Assembly: GCA_951406725.2 (NCBI GenBank)
Contig: OX597826.1
Span: 23,808,001 to 23,872,000 of the forward strand
Direction: 5' to 3'
Length of the DNA: 64,000 bases
Origin: Octopus vulgaris
Lineage: Eukaryota
This document shows, piece by piece, positions 29,889-44,039 of this stretch. The notes below the pieces were generated by a model. It saw nothing but the letters and a program-made list of their open reading frames with translations, ran no database searches and was not told the DNA's origin. A program made the position numbers and the translations under genes. The number at the start of each line of letters is the position of its first letter. The stretch's first letter is position 1.

Positions 29889-29919
29889 ATATATATATAT
29901 GTATGTATATATATATATG

Positions 29920-29962
<43 letters not shown>

Positions 29963-30409
29963 ATGTATGTATGTATATGTATATATATATGTATGTATAT
30001 ATATATATATATGTATGTATGTATATATATATGTATGTATGTATATATATATATATGTATGTATGTATGTATGTATATATATATGTATGTATATATATAT
30101 ATATGTATGTATGTATGTATGTATATATATATGTATGTATATATATATATATATGTATGTATGTATGTATATATATATATGTGTATGTATGTATATATAT
30201 GTATGTATGTATATATATATATATGTACGTATATATATATATGTATATATATATTTATATATGTATGTATGTATGTATATATATATATATGTATGTATGT
30301 ATATATATGTATGTATGTATATATGTATGTATGTATATATATATATGTATGTATGTATATATATATGTATGTATGTATGTATGTATATATATATATATAT
30401 ATGTGTATG

Positions 30410-30472
<63 letters not shown>

Positions 30473-30628
30473 ATATATATATATATATGTATGTATATAT
30501 ATATATGTATGTATGTATGTATATATATATATATGTATGTATGTATGTATGTATATATATATATATATGTATGTATATATATATGTATGTATGTATGTGT
30601 ATATATATATATATATATGTATGTATGT
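29188..30628. repeat. (TA)n/(TATG)n array
   Basis: Direct reading. Confidence 0.97.
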
Positions 30629-30683
30629 ACGTTTAAATATTTGTTGTGCAAGATTTTTTATGTGAAGTCGTGTGTTGAAACAG

Positions 30684-30801
30684 ATATTGTTATATTTCGG
30701 AATGGTCATATTGCCAGTTTAGCCAAATAACACCAAATATATAGTACGTGTGTTTTTATTTGCTAAACTGGCAATATGACCATTCCGAAATATAACAATA
30801 T
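30684..30801. repeat. Inverted repeat with ~46-bp arms
   Basis: ATATTGTTATATTTCGGAATGGTCATATTGCCAGTTTAGC versus its reverse complement after a short spacer. Confidence 0.9.
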
Positions 30802-30834
30802 GTATGTATGTATGTGTATATATATATATGTATG

Positions 30835-30889
<55 letters not shown>

Positions 30890-33221
30890 GCACACACACA
30901 CACACACACCATCATCATTATTATTTAATACTTGCATAATCAGATGAGGTTCAGTGAAGCAGATTTTCTATGGTTGAGTGCCAACCCTCACCTGTTTCTA
31001 TGTGAGATAGTATTACTCCATGGCCAGAGATGTTTTTCATGGAAGACTGGAAATGAACATCAGTTCAATGTGGGTTAAGCTCATTCACAATGATCCCAAG
31101 ACAGGCACACACGCGTGCATATATACTCGCACACACAAACCTGTATATTTTGGAAATGATTTATGGCATCTGTTTATTTTTTTTTCTACCAGGGTGGTTG
31201 GCGGTGATCATTGCTGGTATTTAGGTACAAATGTGAAATACGATTTCCAAATTACCTTTCTGTTTCTTTGTATTTACCAAATCTATTCACAAGGCTTTGG
31301 TGGACGTAGGGCTATAGCAAGGTACTGTGTTGTGGAACTGAACCCAAGATCACATGGATTTGAAGCAAGCATCTTCATCAGGCATCAATGGGTATTCTTA
31401 TATCTGTATGTCTGTGTGTATTGCATGAATATATATAAACAGATATATCACCATGAGAAAGTTGTAGTGAAAGAGTACAGCAGGGATCACCAGAGCCTCA
31501 TGGAGCTTCAGGTGTCTACGCTCAATAAACACTCACAACATCCGGCCTGGGAATCAAAACCGTGATCCTACAACTGCGAGTCTGCTGCCCTAACCACTGG
31601 GCTATGCCATTGTGCCTCTACATATAAACATATGTATGTATGTATGTATATTTATATATATATATATATATGTATATTTATATATATATATATATATAAT
31701 TTATCCCCCACTTGGAGAGTGGATGTTGTGTTAGAACATAAAATACTGTGTTATTTATCATGAAAGAACCCCTCATATGTACTTGTGGTGCATAAAAACA
31801 CCTGTGTTTATATCGGTTGTGGGAAGTGGGATTATTATGTTTTGGCATTGATATTGTTTCTAATTAATTATTTTATATAATTCAGTAATCTAAGCCTGAA
31901 AGAGATGGGTTTCTGTCAGAAGCCCGTGAAACTTTAAGTCGTATGGAGCCAAATCAAACTGTTTCAAATAAGACATATGACTCCTACTAAATATGTTGAG
32001 TGCCTTTTTCTTTTGTTTGTCCACTTGTGTGTGTGTGTGTATGTATGTGTATTTATGTGTATTTATGTGTATATATATTTGTGCATGTGTATGTTATTTC
32101 TATGGAAGCACATACCTACGCACTGTAAAAGAAAAACAAGGGAGAAAAAGGCTGCTGACCTGAGATACATTTCTACTAGAGTTTTCATGACCATATTGTA
32201 TTTTTCAGCCTTTGAAATTATTATAACATCATTCTCTTCACATATTTTCTTTTTATTCTTTTTTTTTTTTTTTCAAATCAGTTTAAATTCCAACTGCTTC
32301 ATAATACTTTTAAAAACAACAACAACAGCAACAAAAAGAATTTTTAAAATCCCATCAATATAGATATCTTTTATAGATTAGCCTTGCAGTTATTTACAGC
32401 AAAGCTTCATTCAATCCAGTCAATACCTCGATGTTTTGTTTAGTTTTTTTTCCCCCCCTCCAGATGTTTATTGTCTATATATTTTCTTCAATGGGAAGAC
32501 TCAATTCTACTCATTAAAGATATTCGCTATCTGTCGGCTATTAAAGGTTCCCACATAACACAAAATATCTACATTTAAATTCAGACTTATTTTGCACTTT
32601 TCGACTTGACTGAGATGAATTGTATAATTTCTTTGAGATTTTTTTATTAAAAAAATTTTTTTTTTTAATTTTTCAATCTGTTTTTCTCTATCTTTGTCTT
32701 TTCTTTCTTCATGGTTGTATGTGAACATGCTTACATATACATACATTTATATATACATACACACACGCACATGTATATATATATGCACATACACAGGAGT
32801 CAATGTTTGTCTGTTTCTCTTGGAACAACATCAGCATTTCTCAAATCTTTTCCAAAATTTATGCTTAAATCCAAATCATCCCAGAAAACTGCATGAAGAA
32901 AAGACTCCTGGGATCTAGATCCCTTGTCCCCTAAAATGGAGAGACTCCAAGAAAAGGGCTGATAAAAGACTGATAGTTCTTGTGAAGTGGTAGTAGAGTA
33001 GGAGTGGTAGTGTAAGTAATAGAAGTGTTAATTTATGTTGTGAAACTGTTTTTCTTTCTCCTTTAGTTTCTCGCTCCCCCTCCCCCTCTCGCTTTCAAAC
33101 ACACTTTCTTGAACATTTCCCTTAAACAACAATGGTCTTCTTCATTTAAAAATTTTAACTTAGAAAAGTTACTTTATAGTTTTAAATATCATAAAAGCAG
33201 AACAGAATATATTCTTTGTTG

Positions 33222-33600
33222 CAGGAGTGGCTGTGTGGTGAGTAGCTTGCTTACCAACCACATGGTTCCGGGTTCAATCTCACTGCGTGGCATCTTGGGC
33301 AAGTGTCTCCTACTATAGTCTCGGGCCGACCAAAGCCTTGTGAGTAGATTTGGTAGACGGAAACTGAAAGAAGCCCATCGTATATATATATGTATATGTG
33401 TGTGTTTGTCTTTGACCCCCCAACATCGCTTGACAACCAATGCTGGTGTTTACGTCCCTGTAACTTAGTGGTTCGATAAAAGAGACCGGTAGAATAAGTA
33501 TTTGGCTTACAAAGAATAAGTCCTGGGGTCGATTTGCTCGACTAAAGGGGGTGCTCCAGGATGGCCACAGTCAAATGACTGAAACAAGTAAAAAAGAGTA
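33222..33600 (+). mobile_element. Full tRNA-derived SINE with central microsatellite and CR1-like tail
   Basis: A/B boxes, conserved body, tail GGTGCTCCAGGATGGCCACAGTCAAATGACTGAAACAAG. Confidence 0.88.
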
Positions 33601-34502
33601 ATTCTATTCCTTTATTATAACTACAAAATATAATGATATTATGCTCTATAGGTGGGATTGTTAATTCTTAGAATGTTTGAAACATAATACACACACATAC
33701 ACAGGTGCAGGCATGGCTGTGTGGTAAGAAGTTCAGACTCAAGCCACATGGTTTGGGGTTCAGTCTCACTGTAACCTTGGGCAAGTGTTTTCTACTATAG
33801 CCCTAGACTGCTCAAAGCCTTGTGAGTAAATTTTGGGGATGGAAATTAAAAGAAGCTTGTTGTGAGTGTGTATATGTGTGTGTGTGTAAAATAGGTATGC
33901 CACAGAGGCTATGAGAAATGATCAAGACCTTTGGCAACATGTCAAGTTTGAGAAAACTCGTCAGCCCAAGTGCGGAGCAATCTCAGTGATAATCTCAACA
34001 AGTCGCAGCTACAACTTTAGACATCAAGTAGCCCCATCCCCTTTTGTGGGGAAGGAGCTAGATGATTACACTGACTGGTACCCTGAAAGAACAAAAGGCA
34101 AAATTAACCTTGGTGGAATTTGAACTCAAAAAATAAAGACAAAAAAAATGACTCTAATCATTTTGTCTAGCATGCTAAAGATTCTTGTGAGCTGACAGAA
34201 TCTTGTGTTGCCATGTAACTGTGTGTAAACATGTTTTATTTGCTCTATCATTATTCAAATACATTCTGCAATATGAACTATTACAGTCACCAGTATATGA
34301 ATGAAATTGCGTTGCTATGTATTCAAGGAAACAGTTATGTACTTCATCCTATCTGGTCTTGGACATTATTCAACTAAAACCCTCTCAAGTTGCTATAAAT
34401 GCTAAACCTTAGCATCTATGCCAATCTCTGATGGTTTTTCCAGACAATTCTACATGTGAAAATATATATATATACATACATATAATATATGTATGTATAT
34501 AT

Positions 34503-34885
34503 AGGCACAGGGTGGCTCTGTGGTAAGTGGCTTGCTTACCAACCACATGGTTCTGGGTTCAGTCCCACTGCGCGGCACCTTGGACCGACTAAAGCCTTGT
34601 GAGTGGATTTGGTAAACAGAAACTGAAAGAAGCCCATCGTATATGTGTAGATATATATATGTGTGTGTATGTGTTTGTGTGTCTGTGTTTGTACACCCCC
34701 CCCCCAACATCGCTTGACAACCAATGTGTTTACGTCCCCGTAACTTAGTAGTTCAGCAAAAGAGGCCGATAGAATAAGCACTAGGCTTCCACAGAATAAG
34801 TCCTGGGATTGATTTGCTCGACTAAAGGCGGTGCTCCAGCATGGCCACAGTCAGATGACTGAAACAAGTAAAAGAGTAAAGAGTA
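34503..34885 (+). mobile_element. Full tRNA-derived SINE
   Basis: Same family; tail GGCGGTGCTCCAGCATGGCCACAGTCAGATGACTGAAAC. Confidence 0.88.
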
Positions 34886-34984
34886 TATTTATGTATATGT
34901 ATTCTTTTCTTTTATTTGTTTCACTCATTTCACTGTGGCCATGCTGGAGCACTGCCTTTAGTCAAACAAATCTACCCGAGGACT

Positions 34985-35478
34985 TGTAGTGTGAATATAT
35001 GTTTAGAAATGCTTCATGTATCTTATTAGAAGAATTCTTACAGAGAAGAAGAATGAATTTAAGAACTATATATTTATTACATAAAAATATATTTTAGTCA
35101 CTGGTTGAAACATAATCAAAATGTAGAAACTAATTGAATGAAATAATCTATGCAAGAAAGTGCAGAAATGTAGAAATAACAGCTAAATAGTGAATTTTAG
35201 TAATGTGACATAGAGAAATAGATGGACATAGCAACGATGTGAATGGCTCTGAGTCTAATCGACAAAGAAGCAAAGAGCAAGGCAAGCAAACTGTTTTTAT
35301 TAACGAAAGCTAGACATTCTAGAAACTTCAATGAGAAACGCAAAGCATCTTGAATAATTAAGAATTACTTCATGAAATATAATCTTCCGAGAAACTTACT
35401 AAAAGGAGATTACTCTATAACACTTCTTGCTAGATTACATCATACAACTATTTTAGCTACACATGGCAAACTACTACA
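34985..35478 (-). mobile_element. Probable solo LTR
   Basis: 494-bp insert with TGTAGT...ACTACA termini; AATAAA on the minus strand; imperfect flanks GACT/TACT. Confidence 0.5.
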
Positions 35479-35688
35479 TACTGATTCTATCGTTTCCTTT
35501 TTGCTGAACTACTAAGTGATGGGGATGTAAATACACCAACATTGGTTGTCAAGTGATGGTGGGGGGACAAACAGATAAATAATAAACACATACATATATA
35601 TATATATATACACACACACAATGGGTTTCCTTCAGTTTCCGTCTACCAAACCTACTCACAAGGCTTTAGTCAGCCCAAAGCTATAGTA

Positions 35689-36711
35689 TTAGGTCATCAA
35701 GTATGAAATTTGTAATAAGGCATATGGTAAACTTTGACAGCTGCTCATATTGCACAATTATTATATTTTGACAATCTTTATTTTTTGTTAGAAAGCTGAC
35801 ACATCTTTCTTTATTCTAACTCATTTTGTGCTTTATAAAGTATTTATAAATCATTTTTTACTGTTTTTGTTTAGAGATGGATAAGTCAGAAATTCATATA
35901 GTTTTGAAATATGAGTTCTTTTTTGGAAATATAGCTTCACAGACAGCTCAGAATATTACACAGCAGACAGTATCAAATTGGTTTGCAAAATTTCATTCTG
36001 GTAACTTTTACCTCACAAATGAGCAACGCAGGCAACCAGAAACAAAGGTAGATAATGACGAACTGAAATTGAGTCAGATCCATCTCAATGTGCCCATGAA
36101 TTATCATTGTTGTTTCATGTTAGCAAGCAAACAATATTGACTCACCTAGTTCAAATCAATAAAGTGAAAAAGTTGGATAAGTGGGTTCCACATGAACTCA
36201 ATGAAAATCAGAAACATTTAGAAGCCTGCATTGTACTAGTTTCTCGTCACAAAATGTATCATTTTTGAATTGAATTGTAACGTGATGAGAAATGGATTCA
36301 ATACACGATGGTTATTGGCGAAACTTCTAGGATTTGGATAACTTTTTGATGGGAAAAATATTTAATTCTAACAATGCTGTAAAACAGGCCTTCCAATATT
36401 TTATTGACTCTAGATTGCCAGGCCTTTACAGTTCCAGGCTGGACTAGTTACCATTGAAATGGCAAAAGTGTATTGACAGTATGGATGCATACTTTGATGA
36501 ATAAAACTATTCTTTGTATTTATAAAACATTAGCAAACTTATATTTCGTTTTTGGATTTGGTTTGCAAGATTCTTTATATGAGTTTGTGTGTTGAAGCAT
36601 ATTTTGTTGTGTCTGGGGAGAGTCATTCTCTTTTAGTGCTTTATTATTTAACACACTCACCGGTAAAATTAGAAAACTTCTTTTCTACAAATTTCATACT
36701 TGATGACCTAA
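35689..36711 (+). mobile_element. Degenerate mariner transposon
   Basis: 26-bp TIRs TTAGGTCATCAAGTATGAAATTTGTA; TA target duplication; HTH N-terminus at 35877; WVPHEL, DEKW and WQKCI..DAYF relics. Confidence 0.9.
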
Positions 36712-36799
36712 TAGAAGACACTTACCCAAGGTGCCACGCAGTAGGACTGAACCTAGGACTATATGGTTGGAAAGCAAGCTTCTTACCACACAGCCACTC

Positions 36800-36876
<77 letters not shown>

Positions 36877-37514
36877 TACATATAGATAGAGCTCTATATA
36901 TGTGCCTGTATTTGAATATATTTCATACTGTTGTTTATTATATCAGCCAATATTTGCAAAAATGAAAGAAAAACCAAGTTCGTTGCTATGAACTTGAGTG
37001 TAGCAATGTATTATTTTGGCATATTGTATTTTGTGGGACTGGGTTTATCTTCTTTTTTTTTACATGTAACTCAGGTTTTCATTAAATTATTTCTGTATGT
37101 ATTCGTAACTTATTTTGTTTCCATTGTAAGTTCATTGAGTGCATATCCAAGTAAGTTGTTGTTCCCTCCCCAATCACCCCTCCCCCAAAAAAATGAAGAA
37201 AAAAGAAAGAAAACTACAGAAAAGTAATTTATACTCTTGCAAAAGGATCTTTTTTTTTTGTTTTTATTTAATTAATCACTGATAAAAAAAAAGCCTGAAC
37301 TTCCCTAACTCCAGGGAATTTCTGTGATGCCAGCAAACAAACAAGCAGAAACTGAAGGCCCTTTTTTTCATACCTTCTGTCTGTTCTTTGGGTATAATAA
37401 TATAATATTATTAAACAAAGAAAGAGGTTGTTTGTGGTTTTCAAAAGTGTTAAAGCATGATGATTGACTAAATATTTTCTTATTGGTATGTAATCATGCT
37501 TTAAACTGACATCT

Positions 37515-37609
37515 TTTACTTGTTTCAATCATTAGACTGCAGCCATGCTGGGGCACCTCCTCTAAGAGATTTTGTTGTACAAATTGACCCCCAAAGACAC
37601 AGACACACA

Positions 37610-37665
<56 letters not shown>

Positions 37666-38735
37666 ATGGGCTTCTTTCAGTTTCTATCTACCAGATCCAC
37701 TCACAAGGCTTTGGTCAGTCTGAGACTAAAGTAGAAAACACCCAAGGTGCCATGCAATGAAACTGAACCCAAAACCGTTTGATTGGGAAGCAATTTTCTT
37801 ATCTTGTTAACATACTACATACACACACACACACATTCTTTTATCTTTTGTTTTTTGTTTTAGTCATTTGACTGTAGCCATGCTGGAGCCTCACTTTGAA
37901 GAATTTTGGTTGAACAAAATGACCCCAGGAGTTACTTTTTTAAGCTTAGTACTTATTTTATCAGTCTTTTTTGCCAAACTGCTAGGTTATGGGGATGTAA
38001 ACACACTAACACCGGTTGTCAAGCAATGGTTGGGGGATAGACACAAAGGTACACATGCGCACACTCACACACATACACATATATACATACATACATACAA
38101 TGGGCTTCTTTCAGTTTCCATCTTTCAAATCCAAACAAGGCTTTGGTCAGCCTGAGGCTGTAGTAGAACCTTCCCCGAGAATCCATGCAGTGAAACCAAA
38201 CCTGGAACCAGGTGGTTGGGAAGCAAGCTTCTTACCACACAGCCACACTTGCACCTATAATCATATGTGTGTGTGTAGTATAGATGGACAAATAGAATTT
38301 TTTTAGTTTCTATCTACCAAATCCTCTCACAAGGCTTTGGTTACTCTGAGGTATCATACAATGGAATTGAACCCAGAATCATGGGGTTGGGAAGCAAGCT
38401 GCTTAGATTTCAAACAGAAATATTACGTAATTATTATTTATGATTACAAATATTATTACTGAGTAGTATAGTTCACTTGAAGCATTGTCGAATATATATC
38501 TGTTATCATTTACTTGCTTCAGTCATTAGGCTGCGACCATGCTGGGGCACCACCTTGAAGAAGTTGTAGCTGAATGAATCGACCCAAGTAATTATTTTTT
38601 CTAAGTCTGCTATTTTTTTCTTTTAGTTTCTTTTGATAAACCACTAAGTTACAACCACCAGCACTTATTGTCAAGTGATGGTGGAGAACAAATACAGACA
38701 CATACTTACATACATAAATACATACATACAAACAC
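37515..38735 (-). mobile_element. Cluster of minus-strand SINE copies and fragments
   Basis: Reverse-complement tails near 37515, 37855 and 38510 followed by SINE bodies. Confidence 0.75.
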
Positions 38736-38740
38736 ACTGT

Positions 38741-38869
38741 CTAAATGCCAATCTTGAGAAATTAGGCTTCTCAAAACAAGAAAAGAGAAAGCTAATTTGA
38801 AGACTACAGATCCAATCCATCACTGGAACTGTAAAAATCTGTAAAACTTTCCAGAAGTTTATCATATAA
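38741..38869 (+). pseudogene. C-terminal relic of a restriction-like-endonuclease LINE (R4/Dong-like)
   Basis: Translates LNANLEKLGFSKQEKRKLI*RLQIQSITGTVKICKTFQKF, resembling the LQ....GT..I...F end of RLE LINEs. Confidence 0.45.
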
Positions 38870-40728
38870 ATATATATGAGCATGTCTAGATATGTAACTA
38901 TATGCATGAGAATACATACATAAAACATGAAAATTTGCACATACATACGAATAAATAAATAAAAATACCCTGTTGTTGATGTTGAAATTCCAATGAAGGA
39001 AACTTGGATCTAGGTTAGAAACTGGTTCTTTCTTTATTGGCAAGAAATCTTGAAATGAACTGAATGACATACCTGCATACATACAAACGAACAAACAAAC
39101 TTTTATAAAGCCAAAACAATGCTTAGTACTTTTACTTTGTATTTTAATATTTCGGGATGGGAACCTCTTATTTAAGGAATCTTCGGAGAAATGATGTACG
39201 ACTTCTCTGTTCTGTACACTGCAAAACAGAGAAGTCTTTGTCCACCACTTAACAATATCTGTTTGTTTGTTTACATCCCTATGACTTGGCAGTTCAGCAA
39301 AAAGAGACCAATGGAATAAGTACTAGAATCATTTGTTCAACTAAAACCCTTCAGAGCAGTGCCCCAGCATGGCCATAGTCCAATGATTGAAACTAGTAAT
39401 AGATGAAAGATATGCCAAGTATGGCTACTTCCCTGGTGGCAGTAGAGTTCTCTATCTTTATTCCTGCCAACTAAAACTTTTTGTGTTTCATAGATTTCCT
39501 TTAAAACCTCTTGAGTCTCAGCTTTGCTTCCATCTTTGGAATTTGTTCTCTAATTCTTTGACAGATTCAGCCATGAGAACTAGGCCTCTAGCATACAGAA
39601 GATTCTCTCATTTTATGTGTGTGTGTGTTTGCATGCGTATGTGTGTATATATATGCGTATGTGTGTATGTATGTATGTGTATATATATGTGTGTGTGTGC
39701 ATGTATATGTACTTATAAACATGTGTGTGTGTGTACGTATGTGTGTGTGAGTGTACATATATGTATGTGTGTGTAGATATATATATATATATGTACATAT
39801 TCATGTGTGTAGGTGTACACACACACATAGATATATATGCACATATATATATGTATGTATGTGTAATGTTCATGTGTGTGAGTGTGTGTGTGTGTGCATA
39901 TGTAGATATGTGTGTGTATGTATGTATGTATAATATGTGTGTGTGTTTGTGTATCTATGTTTATGTACACATATATTTATACTTCTATGGTCAGAATTGT
40001 GTTTTTCATTTGCTTTTATTGTTGTTGTTTGGTCTCCAGTCACCTCTGATTAACCAAACTTATGATCAAAGATATTCTGCCATGAACAACCTGTCTGTCT
40101 TCTTAAGCACAGTGCACACAAGATCACATTATCCAGTTGTGTGCATGCGTATGTATGTATACACACATACACACACAGATAGGTAGGTAATAGATAGCTA
40201 AATAGATAAACAGACAGACTTTAAACACACACATCTCTATATATATATATATAGATATAGATAGATAGATAGACAGACAGACAGGCAGATTTGAAACACA
40301 CACATCTATATAGATAGATAGATAGATTGATCAATAGACCTGAAGCATGCATATTAAATACTTCCAAAATATCACTATCTGTGTTGACTTCATTATTACA
40401 ACTTAAATGACTCAATTCCAGTACAGACCAACTGGTCCAGACTCCACTTATACTCTAACAACAAATGGGAGTACTTTGTTACGTTTGATTCTTTGTAAAT
40501 TCTTGTATCACGCGTTACTTTTTATTGTAATATGAAGTATATCATGTATACATAGTTATATGTATAGTTATATTTGAGTAGAAACCTTGTAGAATAGTGT
40601 GTAAAGATCACCCTCATTTATTGACTACCTGATGTCATAATACAGTAAATATTCACATGCTGATGGATTTACATCAGGGATTTCGTAGTGTCCATATTAG
40701 TTTATAAAAGAATCTAGTAAATTATATA

Positions 40729-40812
40729 TTACTGTCTCTTCTTTTGTGTTTTATATGTGCGTGTGTGTACACACACACACACACATATAAAACACAAAAG
40801 AAGAGATAGTAA
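40729..40812. repeat. Near-perfect palindrome centred on (GT)n/(AC)n
   Basis: TTACTGTCTCTTCTTTTGTGTTTTATATGTG...CACATATAAAACACAAAAGAAGAGATAGTAA. Confidence 0.88.
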
Positions 40813-40929
40813 AATGCTTTTCTTGAGCACTGTGTAGCACTTGGCTAAATAGATCAAGTGTTAACCATTGTGAAGTATACAGTCACAAAGGAGAATGGCA
40901 AATTATATATTTGTTTGAAGAAAGGCAAT

Positions 40930-41445
40930 GACCAAAACCTTGGCATCGTGTTGTGCTTGAGAAGAAGACCCATCAAGCTAAGTAAAATCAGTTGGGGCAG
41001 ATACCAGTGTCACGCAAATGGCACCCATGTTGGTGGCACATAAAGGCACCTCTCAAGCGTTAGGCCTCACTGAGGCAAGGACTGAGATCATTTGGTATTA
41101 TGTTGAGCTTTGAGCGTTGAGCCTCACGGGGGCACTGACCGAGTCCATCTGGCATTATGCCGTGCTTGAGAAGAAGACCCAATGAAGCCAAGTAAAGCTG
41201 CAGTCATGGTAGATACTGGTGTCACATAAATGGCACCTGTGCCAGTGACACAGATGCCATTTGCGTGACCCCATTAAAAAGCACTCATTACACTTTCAGA
41301 GTGGTTGGCATTAATAAGGGCATCCAGCCATAGAAACTTGCCTAAACAGACTGGAGTCTGGGGCAGCCTTCCAGCTTGCCAGCCTTGGTCAATCCGTCCA
41401 ACCCATGCCAGCATGGACAACAGGCATTAAATGATGATGATGATG
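40930..41445 (+). mobile_element. RTE LINE 3' end relic with (GAT)n tail
   Basis: GTGCTTGAGAAGAAGACCC x2; AAGGGCATCCAGCC; CCAACCCATGCCAGCATGG; tail. Confidence 0.7.
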
Positions 41446-41469
41446 AAGTAAAAATATAATTCTCCTTTG

Positions 41470-41501
<32 letters not shown>

Positions 41502-43144
41502 TTTCTCTTCCTTTACTCATTGCCTGCCACTATGCTTAATATTTGCACTTATGTTAACTCTATCTCTCTTTTATTCTCTCTTACCTTCTCTGTTTGATGT
41601 AAAGTACAATAGGGGAAACCAACCAACCAGCATTTATATCAACTATTATTATTAACTATATTATTAATTATATCAACACATACACTTTTATTCTTTTATA
41701 AATCTTATGAACCTATAACAAACTATCAGTAGGTGCAGGTTCAGTTCTGCTATGTGTCACCTTTGGCAAGTGTCTTCTACTAGAGCCATGGGCCAACCAT
41801 TAGCTTGTAAGTGAATGGAAATTGAAAGAAACTTGTGTTTGTATGTGTGGTTATATTTTTCTACTCATTCATTACCGGCCAACCAGTCTTGCTTTATTTA
41901 TATCCCTGCATCTTAACAGTTCAGCAAAAGAGACCAATAGAGTAGGTACCAGACTTAAAATAAAGGACTGGGGTTGATTTGTTCAACTAAACCCTTCAAA
42001 GCAGTGCTACAGCATGGCTGAAGTCCAGTGTCTGAAACAAGTAAAAGATATATATCAAATTTTGTAAACATAAATTATAACTTATAAAAAAATATATCCA
42101 TAACAACACTTACCAAATTATTCAGGCCTAGTTGTGTGGTTAAGAAGTTAGCTTCCTAATCTTGTGGTTTCAGGTTCAATTCCATTGCATGCAACTTGTG
42201 CAAGTGTCTTTTTCTCTAGCTTTGGACTGACAAAAGCCTTGTGAATGGATTTGATAGATGTAAACTGAAAGAAGTCTGTTGTGTCTGTGTGTGTGTATTC
42301 TAGGATCTCAGGCATCCTCCATCTGATTGCACTCAAATTTGATATATAGATACCGACGGTATCAGGGCATGTATAAGTCTTGAAAAAATTAGAAAAATCG
42401 ATTCTAGGTGAGAATGCAATCAATAAAGCTGTGGGAACGTGCATTTGCTAAATTGTTTTTCTTGGAATAGAAAAAAAGTCTATCTTTATTTCTTCTTTTG
42501 CTGGTGTCTCAAATTTAGGTTAAATCAGTGTTTCTCAAAGGGGAGGCCTATGGGACAGACAGACAAGTTGTTTTAAGAAAATTTGGTTTAAATGTTTGAC
42601 AACTCAACACTGTCCATTGGACGGGGGGGGGGGTGCTCATATATATATCAAGAACTCTCCCAATGTTAGATAATGTATGAAGGTTTGGAAATTTCTAGCC
42701 GAACAACCACAGAAATGATTTTTATATAGTGAGCAAATCTTTGTGTACACATAAACTCACTCTCTCCATCTGATCGACATTACCTATACAGGTGCGCTAT
42801 GTGCCACATGTCAGATGACAAAATGGTCACAGAGCAACGTGAAGTGAAGTGCTTTGCTCAAGAACACTAACGCAATACTTAGTCTGGGAATTGAACCCAC
42901 AATCTTGCTGGCATGAGTGCCTCTAGGCCACGTGCCTTCACAATATATAAGTATGTATATACGTTTGTATGTGTGGTCATGCGGAAATATTACTTTCTTG
43001 GAAACAAGTCAGGGTTGGCAACTGGAAGAGCATCCAACCACAGAAAATCTGCCTTAATGAATTCTGTCTGGCTAAAGCCAGCTTGGAAAAGCAGACCTTA
43101 AAATGGTGATGAGGAATAAACAAACTTGAATTTTATTTTAGTTT

Positions 43145-43179
<35 letters not shown>

Positions 43180-43617
43180 GATACACACACTTGCATATAT
43201 ACATGAGCACATGCACCTACACACACTCGTACACACATATACATTTCAGATTTTAGTTTCTACCTAATCTGAGTGAATTTGATATTGTACTTCTTGTTAG
43301 AAATTGCATGTGGATGTATTTAGTTTTCCTTCATATTCTTCTTGAGGATAAATAATTAGAACTTTAAATCTTCAAACTTAACACAGGAAGAAAGAATGCC
43401 TTGAACTCCCCTACTTTCTCTCTCTATCTTCTAACTTCTTCATGTTTCCGTATTTGCAATTTCTGTAATCTTATTAATTGCATTATAATCTGACTTGTAA
43501 ATAACATTAACGTGAATAGTAGTTGTCATGATGATAATGATAGTAATAATAATAATAAAAATGATAATAACGTTTGATTTATTAATTACTAAGATTTGAC
43601 AAAAACATTAAGGACAC

Positions 43618-43998
43618 TTTTACTTGTTTCAGTTATTTGACTGTGGCCATGCTGGAGCACCACCTTTAGTCGAGCAAATCCACCCCAGGACTTAGTCTTT
43701 GAAAGCCTAGTACTTATTCTATCGGTCTCTTCCGCTAAACCGCTAAGTTACAGGGACATAAACACACCAGCATCAGTTGTCAAGTGATGTTGGGGGGACA
43801 GACACACACACACACATATATATACATATATACAACAGGCTTCTTTCAGTTTCCACCTACCAAATCCACTCACAAGGTGTTGGTCAGCCCGAGGCTATAG
43901 TAGAAGACACTTGCCCAAGGTGCCATGCAGTGGGACTGAACCCGGAACCATGTGGTTGGTAAGCAAGTTACTTACCACACAACCACTCCTATGCCTAT
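43618..43998 (-). mobile_element. Full tRNA-derived SINE
   Basis: Reverse complement of the family at 33222. Confidence 0.88.
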
Positions 43999-44039
43999 AC
44001 AATAATGATACCAGTAATGCTAAATGAAATAATAATAAT

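Larger units (their letters stand above)
34905..36805 (-). mobile_element. SINE split into three pieces by nested insertions
   Basis: Pieces 34905-34984, 35479-35688 and 36712-36805 are colinear with the SINE consensus seen in other copies. Confidence 0.75.

Noticed and set aside
33222-33300. tRNA genes at SINE heads
   Set aside because: A/B boxes are present, but the heads are degenerate, I could not fold a cloverleaf, and they continue into SINE bodies
34826-34866. Hammerhead ribozyme in the SINE/LINE tail (stem followed by GAAAC)
   Set aside because: No CUGANGA core upstream; better explained as an RT-recognition hairpin
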